From positions 3,955 through 67,954 of the forward strand of contig JBDTME010000007.1 of assembly GCA_039934415.1 (NCBI GenBank): a stretch of DNA of 64,000 bases, given 5' to 3'. Numbering within the stretch: the stretch's first letter is position 1; every line of letters starts with the position of its first letter. Positions 39,164 to 48,233 of this stretch are shown here, piece by piece. The stretch comes from Patescibacteria group bacterium. Its GTDB lineage: Bacteria > Patescibacteriota > Microgenomatia > UBA1400 > PJMF01. A program made the translations under genes and the position numbers. The notes under the pieces are model-generated. The model was not told where the DNA came from and searched no databases. It saw only the letters and a list, made by a program, of their open reading frames with translations.

Positions 39164-41323
39164 TTAAATTTGATCTGGCATTTGAACAACTGCTACATTT
39201 TCAATAACGAGATCGCGTCCCCATTGGCTAAAATTAATAGTTTCAACTTGCCCTGTTTTATTCACTAATCTATCTTGACCGAAAAATGGATCAACACCTG
39301 TAAAATTGCCTTTTTCATCAACACCGTCAATCATTACATAATGTTCAGTTCTGTGCTCAGTACCATCTCGATCTCTGTTGACTACCACAACTAACGCGAA
39401 CAATACATTGCCTTGTTCTATCGTTTTCTTCATAACTGCCTCATTCTCGGGAGCAAGATTGTTCACACTCTGAAAGAGTGTATCAGCCACTAACTCACCT
39501 TGATTGTTTTGCTTGCTAAATAACCACTCTGTTTCAAGACCAACTGTATTATTCAATGTGTCTACTAATGGAGTCATGTGCATTCCATGCCCCTGAAATC
39601 CTGAATCAGCTACTATTTTCTCTAAATCACAGTTTTTCCCAGCTTGTTGACAAATATTGTAAAGTGTTACAAGGCCACATCCGTTGGACTGCAAGTCAAT
39701 AAATTGTGTTTGTAAAACCTGTGAAGATCTCACATCTCCTAAAACTGGAACCGGTACTTGAATCTTTAAAGGATCTTCACCACCACAACTCTTATTATTG
39801 CAACTTCCTGTCCCAGTACTGCAAGGTCCAACATCAGAACCACCATCTTTACACCAATACTTCATTCTCGAACTATCTAAACAACCTGCAACTGCATTGA
39901 TTCCCCCATTACTACTACAAACACCTTGTGCATCAACAATCAATTTGCTGACATTATTAGTACTTGAACTAATCGCAGCTGTTGGTTTGGCACTTGGGAT
40001 AGGAGTTGGCGAACTGAATCTCAAAGAAGTAGTAGGCGTAGGTTGAGGTGGTAAAACTCCAACTAATGGATCCTGTCCTCCACATGTATTGCCACGACAC
40101 GTTCCTGCTCCCGTACTACACTTCTCAGTGTCATAAGTATTTGCATCTGTACACCAGTACTTCATAGTAGAAGTGTTGATACAACCTGCAACAGATTTAA
40201 TGCCACTATTAGCTTCACAAACACCTTCAAGTTGAGATGCTTTAGGAGTTGGCAAAACGTTACCGGCTATAACTTGAGTTGGTAAAAGTTTTGGCGTCGC
40301 TGTTGGTAAATTTCCAGACAAAGGATCTACACCATCACACTTACTATTCCTGCATGTTCCTGCGCCTGTACTGCACGTCTCAACGTCATACCCACCATCA
40401 TTACACCAATACTTCATGTCAGAAGTATTTAGACAACCAGCTATCGACTTGATTCCTTTTTGTGCGGCACAAACTCCAGACAGTTGTAGAGTTTGTTGAG
40501 AAGTAACTACACTGCTCCGAGATGGCAAGCTCGTTGGAGTAACTCCTGTTGAAATAAGAGTTGGCGTTGCTTGAACCGCCTTTTGAACTTGAGCGACATT
40601 ATTTTTGGGGGTTGAAGTGGGAGCTGTTGCACAGCGACTGCTATAGGAACTTGAATAAGTCCCCGCACTATTGATACAAACATACAAGATATCACCACGA
40701 CATACTTCACTCCCTGGAATGCATGATCCACTAGGAGGATTCGTTCGTGCAAAATCAGAAATTTGAGTTAATTTTGGATCAATTGTTGATTGAGGAGAAG
40801 GAGAACAACTATTTCCGCTACATCCATTTGGACATCTATAGCTTGAATACGTGCCAGCACTATTGGTGCAAGTGTACAGGATACTCGCAGAACACGAAGT
40901 ACTACCGGGAATACATGAACCGCTTGGACCTCCAACAGCGATAGAAGTTGGAAGCGGTCTCAGACTTGTTGCCGGAGCACATTTACCATTTACACACCCA
41001 TTTGAGCACGCAAAACTTGAGTACGCGCCAGCACTATTGGTACAGGTGTATTGGATAGTACCTAAACATGAAGTGCTACCTGGTATACAGGTTCCACTTG
41101 GAAAATTCTCGGTTGACTTAACAACGGTGGGAACTGCTGATAATCCTGTTGGGGAAATAGCAATAACTGTTGCATACGGATCAAAAAATGCTCTTTCTCG
41201 AACATCCTGACTTTGTTTCAATACAGTTAGTGATAACAGAGCAACTAGCCCCATTCCTAACAATACAAACACCGGAACAAAAACTTTAGATTGGGAGAGT
41301 AGTAAAGTATATTTTTTTGGCAT
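39164..41323 (-). CDS. Membrane-anchored Cys-rich repeat protein with C-terminal papain-fold (C39-like) peptidase domain
   Basis: N-terminal signal-anchor, then 3 copies of an about 45-aa module (GSCIPGSTSC...ILYTCTNSAGTYSS.C.NGC) and 3 copies of an about 55-aa module (GVC...GIKS(I/V)AGC(L/I)NTS.MKYWC.D....D...CSTGAGTCR...C.G.DPL). The C-terminal domain has a catalytic-like Cys (SNGCGLVTLYNI), His (TEHYVMIDGVDEKGN) and DP (VDPFFG), consistent with peptidase C39-like. The ORF track starts at GTG 41359; the ATG at 41323 (MPKKYTLLL...) is preferred. Confidence 0.6.
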   Translation of the reverse strand: MPKKYTLLLSQSKVFVPVFVLLGMGLVALLSLTVLKQSQDVRERAFFDPYATVIAISPTGLSAVPTVVKSTENFPSGTCIPGSTSCLGTIQYTCTNSAGAYSSFACSNGCVNGKCAPATSLRPLPTSIAVGGPSGSCIPGSTSCSASILYTCTNSAGTYSSYRCPNGCSGNSCSPSPQSTIDPKLTQISDFARTNPPSGSCIPGSEVCRGDILYVCINSAGTYSSSYSSRCATAPTSTPKNNVAQVQKAVQATPTLISTGVTPTSLPSRSSVVTSQQTLQLSGVCAAQKGIKSIAGCLNTSDMKYWCNDGGYDVETCSTGAGTCRNSKCDGVDPLSGNLPTATPKLLPTQVIAGNVLPTPKASQLEGVCEANSGIKSVAGCINTSTMKYWCTDANTYDTEKCSTGAGTCRGNTCGGQDPLVGVLPPQPTPTTSLRFSSPTPIPSAKPTAAISSSTNNVSKLIVDAQGVCSSNGGINAVAGCLDSSRMKYWCKDGGSDVGPCSTGTGSCNNKSCGGEDPLKIQVPVPVLGDVRSSQVLQTQFIDLQSNGCGLVTLYNICQQAGKNCDLEKIVADSGFQGHGMHMTPLVDTLNNTVGLETEWLFSKQNNQGELVADTLFQSVNNLAPENEAVMKKTIEQGNVLFALVVVVNRDRDGTEHRTEHYVMIDGVDEKGNFTGVDPFFGQDRLVNKTGQVETINFSQWGRDLVIENVAVVQMPDQI

Positions 41324-41690
41324 GAAACGCGATGTAGCATTCAGTATAACTTCAGACACTAAAATTACTCAATAGGTAATTTTCAGCAAATTCTAGCGCG
41401 TAAAAAAACAGAACTCACCCCAATTTTTTACCGATAAATCGGTTTTTTTTGGAGTGAGCTTCTCACCGGGAACAAATGCGAGTATACCCTCGCTGCTCCC
41501 CGTTTTAAATGACAAAAAAAGACCGTTGAATCAATTTATAATTTTCCCAATCAAGCAAAGGTTTATATTTATAAGTCTAGCAAAACGACTCTTTTTGTAA
41601 AATGTATTGATTTTATCTTTCAATTCTTACAAGAAAATGAAATCTAGAAAAGTAAATAAGAAAAGTTGCTCAAAAAGAAAAAGCACTCAG

Positions 41691-42005
41691 TTATTTTTTT
41701 CCAAAAATAAGTCTGAAAATAGCCATAAGTATTCTTACTGGCAATAAGACAATCCATTCAACCCAGTTGCGATCTTCTTCTCCTCTCACCCACACCGATA
41801 ACACCAACCAATCTTTTTTATTTTCCAATAATTTCGCAACGACTTGATGATTCCGTCCATTAATTTCTCGAATAAATTTGACAGTATCTCTTTTTTTAGC
41901 AGGAAAAGACCGGTCAGGATTACTCAGTGTTCTTTCAATATCAGACCGAGACAAATGCCGTTGATTCATCCGGTCTTGAGCATGGTTAGTGAAAATGATC
42001 GACAT
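41691..42005 (-). CDS. DUF4258-like protein (toxin-like small protein), orphan
   Basis: MSIIFTNHAQDRMNQRHLSRSDIERTLSNP... matches the HAxxRMxxRxIS pattern that I recall for DUF4258. No adjacent antitoxin-sized ORF was found on either side. Confidence 0.5.
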   Translation of the reverse strand: MSIIFTNHAQDRMNQRHLSRSDIERTLSNPDRSFPAKKRDTVKFIREINGRNHQVVAKLLENKKDWLVLSVWVRGEEDRNWVEWIVLLPVRILMAIFRLIFGKK

Positions 42006-42010
42006 AGAAA

Positions 42011-43717
42011 TTACTTTAGACGCTTCATCACCTCTTCTAATTCAATGACCTCACTGTTTTCCTCGTTTCTCTTTTTCCATTCCAATTTCTCACCATTTCG
42101 AGGTGAAGCAACTAAACGCACAGGAATACCAATCAAATCAGCATCAGCAAATTTATTTCCCGCTGATGTATCTCTATCATCCCACAATACTTCAACACCC
42201 TCTTTCTCAAATTGCTGATACACCTTTTCGGCAAACTCCTCAGCACCTTTCATTGAAACCAAGTGAACCTGAAACGGTGCAATCTGAGCAGGCCAAACCA
42301 TACCTTTGTCGTCGCCAAATTTCTCAGCAATAACACCCATTACTCGACTCGTTCCAATGCCATATGAACCCATGAAAATAGGTTGTTGTTGACCTTTTTC
42401 ATCTACAAATTGGTAGTTGAACGCCTTAGTAAACTTCACTCCCAAAGGGAAAATATTGCCAACTTCAGCAGCCTTAAATACCTCATACTCTTCACTATTT
42501 TCTGGGAACCGATCACCTTGTCGTGCGATTTTAATATCAAAAAACTCTTTAGGTTCCGGTATATCTCGACCAAAATTAATATTAATTGAATGATAGTCAG
42601 TCTTATTAGCACCACATTCAAAGTTTTTGCGACCACTCATCGACTCGTCCATGAAGATTCGAACAGAATCAGGCAAATTTAAAATACCTGCATAACCAAC
42701 TTCAGCGCTAGTCACTTTTTTTACGACTTCCGCTCGAGCTAAAGTCAATTTAGAAACGCCTGCTACTTTACACAACTTCTCTTCATTAATTTCGTAATCA
42801 CCCCGAACAGCTGCAGCAATGACGTCACCCTTATCAGTCTCAAATAAAATTGTTTTGGTCGTTTTATCTATTGAGATTTTTAAATACTCGGCCAGCTGGG
42901 CAACTCCAATAATCCCCTTACCTATTATATCTTCGCGCTCTTTTATCTCTTCAGAGCTATCGTCTATGGTTGGAGCCAGACTTGGAGCAATCTCACGATT
43001 GAATGCCAAATTTTTACTTTTGACATAAAAAACCGTATCCTCGCCTGCTTCGCAACGCGCTTGAAACTCATGAGAAAAATCTTTGGTGAAGTCACCACCA
43101 GAAGCTAGGACAACCATTGTAAACTCACCCAATCCAAGACGTTCAAAAGTTTTGGTGTAAGCATCTTTCGCAACTTCATAGTACTTTTTCAAATCCTCTT
43201 CGCTTGTATGAAAACTGTATAAATCTTTCATTCGAAATTCTCGACAACGCAGTAAACCTGACTTTGCGCGAGGTTCATTGCGAAATTTACTCTGGATTTG
43301 ATACACCGCAAATGGAAAATCTTTATATGATCCATTAAATTTTTGTGCCAAAGGCGTAACGACGTCTTCATGAGTGCAGTTGAGAATATACTCTGCATCA
43401 TTTTTGGCTCTAGCTACTTCATTCGCCGGCACCGTCTTCATTAACACATCAACAGTTTCCAATCGACCAGTCGTTTCCCACAATAATTTTGGCACGATCG
43501 AAGGCATTAGCACTTCCTGGCCAATCTTATCCATCTCTTCTCGAACAATGTCTTCAATTTTATGTAAAACGCGCAATCCTAACGGCAAAAAGGTATACAC
43601 CCCAGCCATAGTTTGATCAATAAAACCAGCTTGGATGAGCAAACGAGCGTTTTTTGATTTGATGTCACCAACATTTTTGTTTGTTTTAGTAAACATTTTC
43701 GAATACTTCATATACAT
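42011..43717 (-). CDS. proS: Proline--tRNA ligase (bacterial type with INS editing domain)
   Basis: 568 aa with class II motifs (FRNEPRAKSGLLRCREFRMKDLYSF motif 2; GSYGIGTSRVM motif 3) and a C-terminal anticodon-binding domain. Confidence 0.9.
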   Translation of the reverse strand: MYMKYSKMFTKTNKNVGDIKSKNARLLIQAGFIDQTMAGVYTFLPLGLRVLHKIEDIVREEMDKIGQEVLMPSIVPKLLWETTGRLETVDVLMKTVPANEVARAKNDAEYILNCTHEDVVTPLAQKFNGSYKDFPFAVYQIQSKFRNEPRAKSGLLRCREFRMKDLYSFHTSEEDLKKYYEVAKDAYTKTFERLGLGEFTMVVLASGGDFTKDFSHEFQARCEAGEDTVFYVKSKNLAFNREIAPSLAPTIDDSSEEIKEREDIIGKGIIGVAQLAEYLKISIDKTTKTILFETDKGDVIAAAVRGDYEINEEKLCKVAGVSKLTLARAEVVKKVTSAEVGYAGILNLPDSVRIFMDESMSGRKNFECGANKTDYHSININFGRDIPEPKEFFDIKIARQGDRFPENSEEYEVFKAAEVGNIFPLGVKFTKAFNYQFVDEKGQQQPIFMGSYGIGTSRVMGVIAEKFGDDKGMVWPAQIAPFQVHLVSMKGAEEFAEKVYQQFEKEGVEVLWDDRDTSAGNKFADADLIGIPVRLVASPRNGEKLEWKKRNEENSEVIELEEVMKRLK

Positions 43718-43720
43718 CTT

Positions 43721-44040
43721 TCTTTTCTTTGATTAATAATAACAGGTACAACAAAAAAAACCTCGTCTTCATCCACTACTCCGAAAACGGACTAATGAAC
43801 AAGGACGAGGTTTGCTCGTGGTACCACCTTGGTTTGTCTCAACGTCGCCGCTGAGATCTTTTCAACTGTCTTTGATATTCAACAACAGTGTAGCGTTTGA
43901 TGACCGGTGCTGGCGGAATGTGTTAGTACTGTGATGTCCACATCGGCTCTCGATTTTATCGATCAAGGGTTAGGAGCCCTTGCAAAGAAACTAAGTTCTT
44001 TGAAGCTATTCAATGAATATTGTACACCAAAAAATCACTT
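43721..44040 (-). promoter_or_regulatory. T-box riboswitch leader (tRNA-Pro-responsive) controlling proS
   Basis: Minus-strand RNA contains CAAGG-UGGUACC-ACGAG-CAAAC-CUCGU-CCUUG (plus 43800-43831): two 5-bp helices flanking the 7-nt T-box bulge UGGNACC (consensus AAUUAGGGUGGNACCGCG). Its 3' half overlaps a terminator, AACCUCGUC...GACGAGGUU followed by U8 (plus 43753-43812). Upstream there is a GAGAG element and a CCU-A candidate specifier. Confidence 0.75.
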
Positions 44041-44042
44041 GA

Positions 44043-44474
44043 TCAAGATCGCCGTCTCTTCTTGTCTCTTGATTGACCTCTTTGTTGAGTCTCAACAAGA
44101 TGCAACTCGTATTCATCTTGGACACCTGTTGGATCAATCTTCAACATTAAACCCTTTCTACCTGGCAATTGGTTAATGTAAGTTGAACGTAAAATCATGT
44201 CCCTAGCACGCCCAAAATCTGCGGATTTGATAATCAAACTGTCAACTCCTACATCCACAGTTACATCAACTTGGGCTCGAAACACAAACCGCATTCCTGA
44301 GGTAACTGCTATTGGCTGTTCCAATTCAGGGTGAAGTATTTCTCGATCTACCAGTAGTGCATAAATCAAGTTCGCCCAAGATACCATCCCAAAGCCATTT
44401 TTCTCAAAAGATGAACGAAAAAGTTCTCTTGGATCAACGGGTGATAGATCTCGTCCCTCTTCAATTTCTACCAT
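44043..44474 (-). CDS. Hypothetical protein, weak resemblance to ribosomal protein bL25/Ctc
   Basis: 143 aa. EILHPELEQ resembles the bL25 motif EITHADFQV, and VDVTVDVGVDSLIIKSADFGRARD resembles the Ctc C-domain FSVDVSGLDINDSLHIRD. Its position directly downstream of prs matches prs-ctc synteny. The N-domain appears truncated or degenerate. Confidence 0.35.
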   Translation of the reverse strand: MVEIEEGRDLSPVDPRELFRSSFEKNGFGMVSWANLIYALLVDREILHPELEQPIAVTSGMRFVFRAQVDVTVDVGVDSLIIKSADFGRARDMILRSTYINQLPGRKGLMLKIDPTGVQDEYELHLVETQQRGQSRDKKRRRS

Positions 44475-44520
44475 AAAAACACCTTACTATGAAATGAAGG
44501 GGCAATTTTCTCATCTTTTA

Positions 44521-45414
44521 CTAGGAAAGCAAGTGATCAACAAACAATTGGGCGACGGACAAGATTTTAATCTTGTCGCCAATTTGAGAGTGATGGACAG
44601 AATCTGAAATGACAACTGAATCGATGGCCGGTTCCTCCATTTTCCTCATACCACCGTCAGCAAACAACCCGTGTGAAACAAAAAAATGAACTTCTCTGGC
44701 CCCATTTTCTTTCAAGAACTTGGCGACTTCGACTACAGTACCACCACTATTAATTACATCGTCATACAATAAACAAATCTTTCCGTCGATAGGATAGCCA
44801 GCCACTCCCAAAGTACTTACGTCACCCGAATCAAGATCTCGATGCTTATTAATATGTGCCAAATTAACATGCAACTGCTCTGCAAATGTACGTGATTGTT
44901 TAATGCCTCCGAAATCTGGACTCACCACTACTACATCCTTCATCTGAAATGTGTTTTTGGCATACTCAACAAATAAATTCAGCGCACGAATATACGTCGT
45001 AGGCACCGAGAAAAATCCAGGAATACTCGAGTTATGAAGATCTAAGAGAAAGACTCTCTTAGTATTCGCATGAGAAATAAGATCAGCTACCACCCGAGCC
45101 GCAATCGGCTCACCATCTCGGAACACTTTATCCTGCAAGGAGTATCCCATCCACGGGATAATCGCGCTCACTCGCTTTGAACCTGCCCGTTCAAGCGCAT
45201 CTGCAATTAATAGAAATTCCATGATATTTGAATCCACAGGCTGAGAAAACGACTGGACAATGACCACTTCCTGATTTCTCACTTCAGAAAGAATGCGGAT
45301 CCTCTTCTCGCCATTGGCAAATTGTTCAATAGAAACCTCACCAGGAATAGCATTTGCTTTTTCAGCAATCTTTTTTGCTAACACTGGGTTTGAAGATCCG
45401 GAAAAAATAAACAT
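44521..45414 (-). CDS. prs: Ribose-phosphate pyrophosphokinase
   Basis: MFIFSGSSNPVLAKKIA... is the N-terminal Prs signature, and DLHNSSIPGFF...VVVSPDFGG is the PRPP-binding region. The start is moved to the internal ATG; the ORF track starts at 45456. Confidence 0.9.
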   Translation of the reverse strand: MFIFSGSSNPVLAKKIAEKANAIPGEVSIEQFANGEKRIRILSEVRNQEVVIVQSFSQPVDSNIMEFLLIADALERAGSKRVSAIIPWMGYSLQDKVFRDGEPIAARVVADLISHANTKRVFLLDLHNSSIPGFFSVPTTYIRALNLFVEYAKNTFQMKDVVVVSPDFGGIKQSRTFAEQLHVNLAHINKHRDLDSGDVSTLGVAGYPIDGKICLLYDDVINSGGTVVEVAKFLKENGAREVHFFVSHGLFADGGMRKMEEPAIDSVVISDSVHHSQIGDKIKILSVAQLFVDHLLS

Positions 45415-45489
45415 ATGAAGTATTGTATCAAATACCAAAAGGGACGCGATCTCCACGTCCCTGTATTTTTATTTAATTAAACAACAAAC

Positions 45490-45723
45490 CTAGTAACTCA
45501 TGCCACTTCCACCAGTCAACAGCATAATTACAACTAAAAACAGTACCAACACGGCCCCGATCATCATCATGTTTTTTGGATCCATGTAAAAAGGATCCAT
45601 TGTGGAAGATTTTGACGCAGATTTTGCAGGAGCTCTCTTCACCATCTTGGTCTTTTTCATTGAAGACTTCGATTTCGTCATTGATTGCGACTTCATTTTC
45701 TTTTTGGATGTCTTGGCAGGCAT
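45490..45723 (-). CDS. Small Lys/Ser-rich membrane protein (77 aa), hypothetical
   Basis: A strong SD (AAAAGGAG) lies 5 nt upstream of the ATG. MPAKTSKKKMKSQSMTKSKSSMKK...MMMIGAVLVLFLVVIMLL has a basic N-terminus and a single C-terminal TM. An overlapping 97-aa ORF in another frame lacks an SD. Confidence 0.55.
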   Translation of the reverse strand: MPAKTSKKKMKSQSMTKSKSSMKKTKMVKRAPAKSASKSSTMDPFYMDPKNMMMIGAVLVLFLVVIMLLTGGSGMSY

Positions 45724-45788
45724 AAAACTCCTTTTTATCGAAATGTAATAAGTATCGATTCCTCAATATTAAGTATACATGAATTCCA

Positions 45789-46997
45789 TCACGGCTGCGG
45801 CGTATCTTTCAGTGTAATCGTATCAATAATTTGATTGAGCAATTTCCTGACTTCAATATTCGAATCATAGTTCAAAGCTATCTGCAACCAATTCCCAGAT
45901 GATAGTTGACCCACGTACTGCACTCGTCCAGCACTTTCATACGCTTTAAACTCTTTGATTCCAAAATCGCGGGTGGCTGACTGTGTCGCAGACTCAGCAG
46001 GTTGAGTATCAGATAAAGTCATTGCCAATAAACTGGAAAATCCACCAGAACTCTGAATCTCAGCTGTAGGGAAAATAAGAATATTGGTCGACTTTGAAAC
46101 ATCTGGAGCGTTTTTATCATTCGACTTTAATGTCACATTTGCAGGATATTTTAAAGAGTATCCAAAACTGTTCTCATAACTTTGCCATTGATTCAATCCA
46201 AGAGTGGGATCAACAGTGGAAGCAGAAATGCTATGGATGACTTGATCAAAAATAGCCAGTTGCGAAGCAATATTCCCCTCAGTGCTGACTTGAAGCACTT
46301 TTTTATCCAAGGCTACAAACACCTCTGGATACAACAACAAATTACTTCCTTTAGCAATTTCCCGCTGATAGATTGCCAATCCACTTGCACTCACTTTGGC
46401 AGACTCAGTGGCTACTCCAATCTTTAATCCTTGACGCTCATCTTGTGCTTTAGCAATGAGTTGTAGTTGCTCAGTCGTCGTCACTGATTGGTCAGTAGGT
46501 AACACACTAAAGATAATAGTGACCAGATCTGTCACTGTCGTAGGAGTTTTCAGTTGTACATGATTCAGGTCTGCTTCATCGACTACCCATCCTTGAGGGT
46601 ATCCGAATGAGAATCCTGCAGATGGATGCGTGTAGATTTGCCAACCAACCGGCACACCATTGGTGTTTCCAGATGGAAGCATAATTGGAGTCACAACCTG
46701 GTTCGCATCAATTTGCACAGGCGGAGTGGAAACGGTTTGACGACTGAGACTCTGCGTAAGAAAAATCTGATACCCAAAAATCAGTACCGCAGTCACTATT
46801 GGTAACAATACCAATAAGATTAGAACAACACGCCAAAATTTTTTATTCACGAGCTGCGTGGAAGATTGTTGATTCGTCTGAATAAGTACTTGAGCGCTAG
46901 GAACGTTTTGTTCAGTCGGATCTGGGAACTTATCTACCGCAGAAGGTACAGGAGGAGTTGGAACTACATTCGGCTGGGCAGTAACATTTTCGGGCAT
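45789..46997 (-). CDS. Hypothetical membrane-anchored extracytoplasmic protein
   Basis: 402 aa with a Pro/Val-rich N-terminus, one TM (FWRVVLILLVLLPIVTAVLIFGYQIFL) and a large Ser/Thr/Gln-rich beta domain. No recognised family. Confidence 0.5.
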   Translation of the reverse strand: MPENVTAQPNVVPTPPVPSAVDKFPDPTEQNVPSAQVLIQTNQQSSTQLVNKKFWRVVLILLVLLPIVTAVLIFGYQIFLTQSLSRQTVSTPPVQIDANQVVTPIMLPSGNTNGVPVGWQIYTHPSAGFSFGYPQGWVVDEADLNHVQLKTPTTVTDLVTIIFSVLPTDQSVTTTEQLQLIAKAQDERQGLKIGVATESAKVSASGLAIYQREIAKGSNLLLYPEVFVALDKKVLQVSTEGNIASQLAIFDQVIHSISASTVDPTLGLNQWQSYENSFGYSLKYPANVTLKSNDKNAPDVSKSTNILIFPTAEIQSSGGFSSLLAMTLSDTQPAESATQSATRDFGIKEFKAYESAGRVQYVGQLSSGNWLQIALNYDSNIEVRKLLNQIIDTITLKDTPQP

Positions 46998-47011
46998 TAC
47001 AATACTATAGC

Positions 47012-48229
47012 TTAAATTGGCTTACTCTGAAAATACTGGAACACATCTGAGACTATTGACCAAATATCTTTAATTGAAATGAGAATGATTAAACCGAGTA
47101 AAAAAGCAAACCCTGCGTAATTCACTTTATTTTCAATCTGTTCTCTTTTTTTTCTGCCAATAAACTTTTCAGCAATCACAAAGAATGCTCGCCCACCATC
47201 CAGTGCTGGAATCGGTAGGAAATTTAGAATAGCTAAGTTAACCGATAACATTCCAGTAAATTTAAGTACCGTATCCCAACCACTTTGAAACAAGCCAAAC
47301 TTGGTTGCTTGATGCACAATCCCAATTGGTCCAGAAATATCTTGAGGGATTTCGGCATGAAAAACTAAACCAGTAATCATTGTTTTAAACCCTACCAAAA
47401 TTTGGTAACTCAATGACAACGACTCTTCAAATCCTACGAGTGCCCCTCGAAATGGCATCTGCCACCAAGGAAAGAAGTCATATACCACAACCGGTGGTGC
47501 AAAGCCCACGCCCAACGCTCCCTCGCCTTCTGGTCGCTTATCTCTAGGTCGCAAGTAAACAAACACCTCTTCTTCAACACCTTGTCGATCAAAGAACAAC
47601 TGAAGGTGTTCATCATTGTGTTGACTCACATAGTTCACAAAATCTGTGGTCGTACTAAATGACTGCTTCGTTTTATCGGTTGATTTCTCTGCTATGGCTG
47701 CTTCTACTCGATCTCCGGAAAGAATACCAGCTTCAGCAGCAGGACTCGCATCAATAACTTGATCAATGACTAACTCTTTTTCATTGACTACACGCGGGAA
47801 GCCTTGAACTGTATAGACGGTTGAAAAGGCAATGATTCCAAAAATGAAGTTAATGACCACGCCGGCTAATAACACAACCAAACGTGTTTTTCTTGATTTT
47901 TTATAGAAGGGCTCAAATGCAGATTGATGAGAGTCGCGATGAGCAGAGTGATTATCTTTGATTGCCTTACCTTCTTCTGGGCCGTCTTCTCCTTCCATCT
48001 TCACAAATCCACCAAACGGCAACCAGTTCAAGGTAAAAGGAATTCCACGCCAATGGAAAAGAACTCGAGCTCTCGGTGGATATCCAACTCCAAACTCTTC
48101 TATCCTGACTTTCAGCAACAAGGCCGTAATAAAATGACCAAGCTCATGAATGATGACCAAAAAAGATAAAATGATCAGAAAACCAATAATTGAGATGGTG
48201 GTATCACCAAAAATTTGAGTGAGCGGCAT
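47012..48229 (-). CDS. rseP: RIP zinc metalloprotease RseP/site-2 protease (M50)
   Basis: HELGHF (HExxH in TM1), a PDZ domain in the middle, and LDGG in NFLPIPALDGGRAFF; 405 aa. Confidence 0.85.
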   Translation of the reverse strand: MPLTQIFGDTTISIIGFLIILSFLVIIHELGHFITALLLKVRIEEFGVGYPPRARVLFHWRGIPFTLNWLPFGGFVKMEGEDGPEEGKAIKDNHSAHRDSHQSAFEPFYKKSRKTRLVVLLAGVVINFIFGIIAFSTVYTVQGFPRVVNEKELVIDQVIDASPAAEAGILSGDRVEAAIAEKSTDKTKQSFSTTTDFVNYVSQHNDEHLQLFFDRQGVEEEVFVYLRPRDKRPEGEGALGVGFAPPVVVYDFFPWWQMPFRGALVGFEESLSLSYQILVGFKTMITGLVFHAEIPQDISGPIGIVHQATKFGLFQSGWDTVLKFTGMLSVNLAILNFLPIPALDGGRAFFVIAEKFIGRKKREQIENKVNYAGFAFLLGLIILISIKDIWSIVSDVFQYFQSKPI

Positions 48230-48233
48230 AGGG

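Noticed and set aside
39700-41210. Repeated about 160-bp nucleotide segments, considered as a possible CRISPR array or repeat element
   Set aside because: The repeats are in-frame coding repeats of the Cys-rich protein (modules A and B). The units are long, imperfect and lack spacer/repeat periodicity, so this is not CRISPR.
45473-45766. 97-aa minus-strand ORF overlapping the 77-aa Lys-rich membrane protein gene in another frame
   Set aside because: It has no SD, and the alternative frame (45490..45723) has a perfect AAAAGGAG SD and a protein-like basic N-terminus plus TM architecture.
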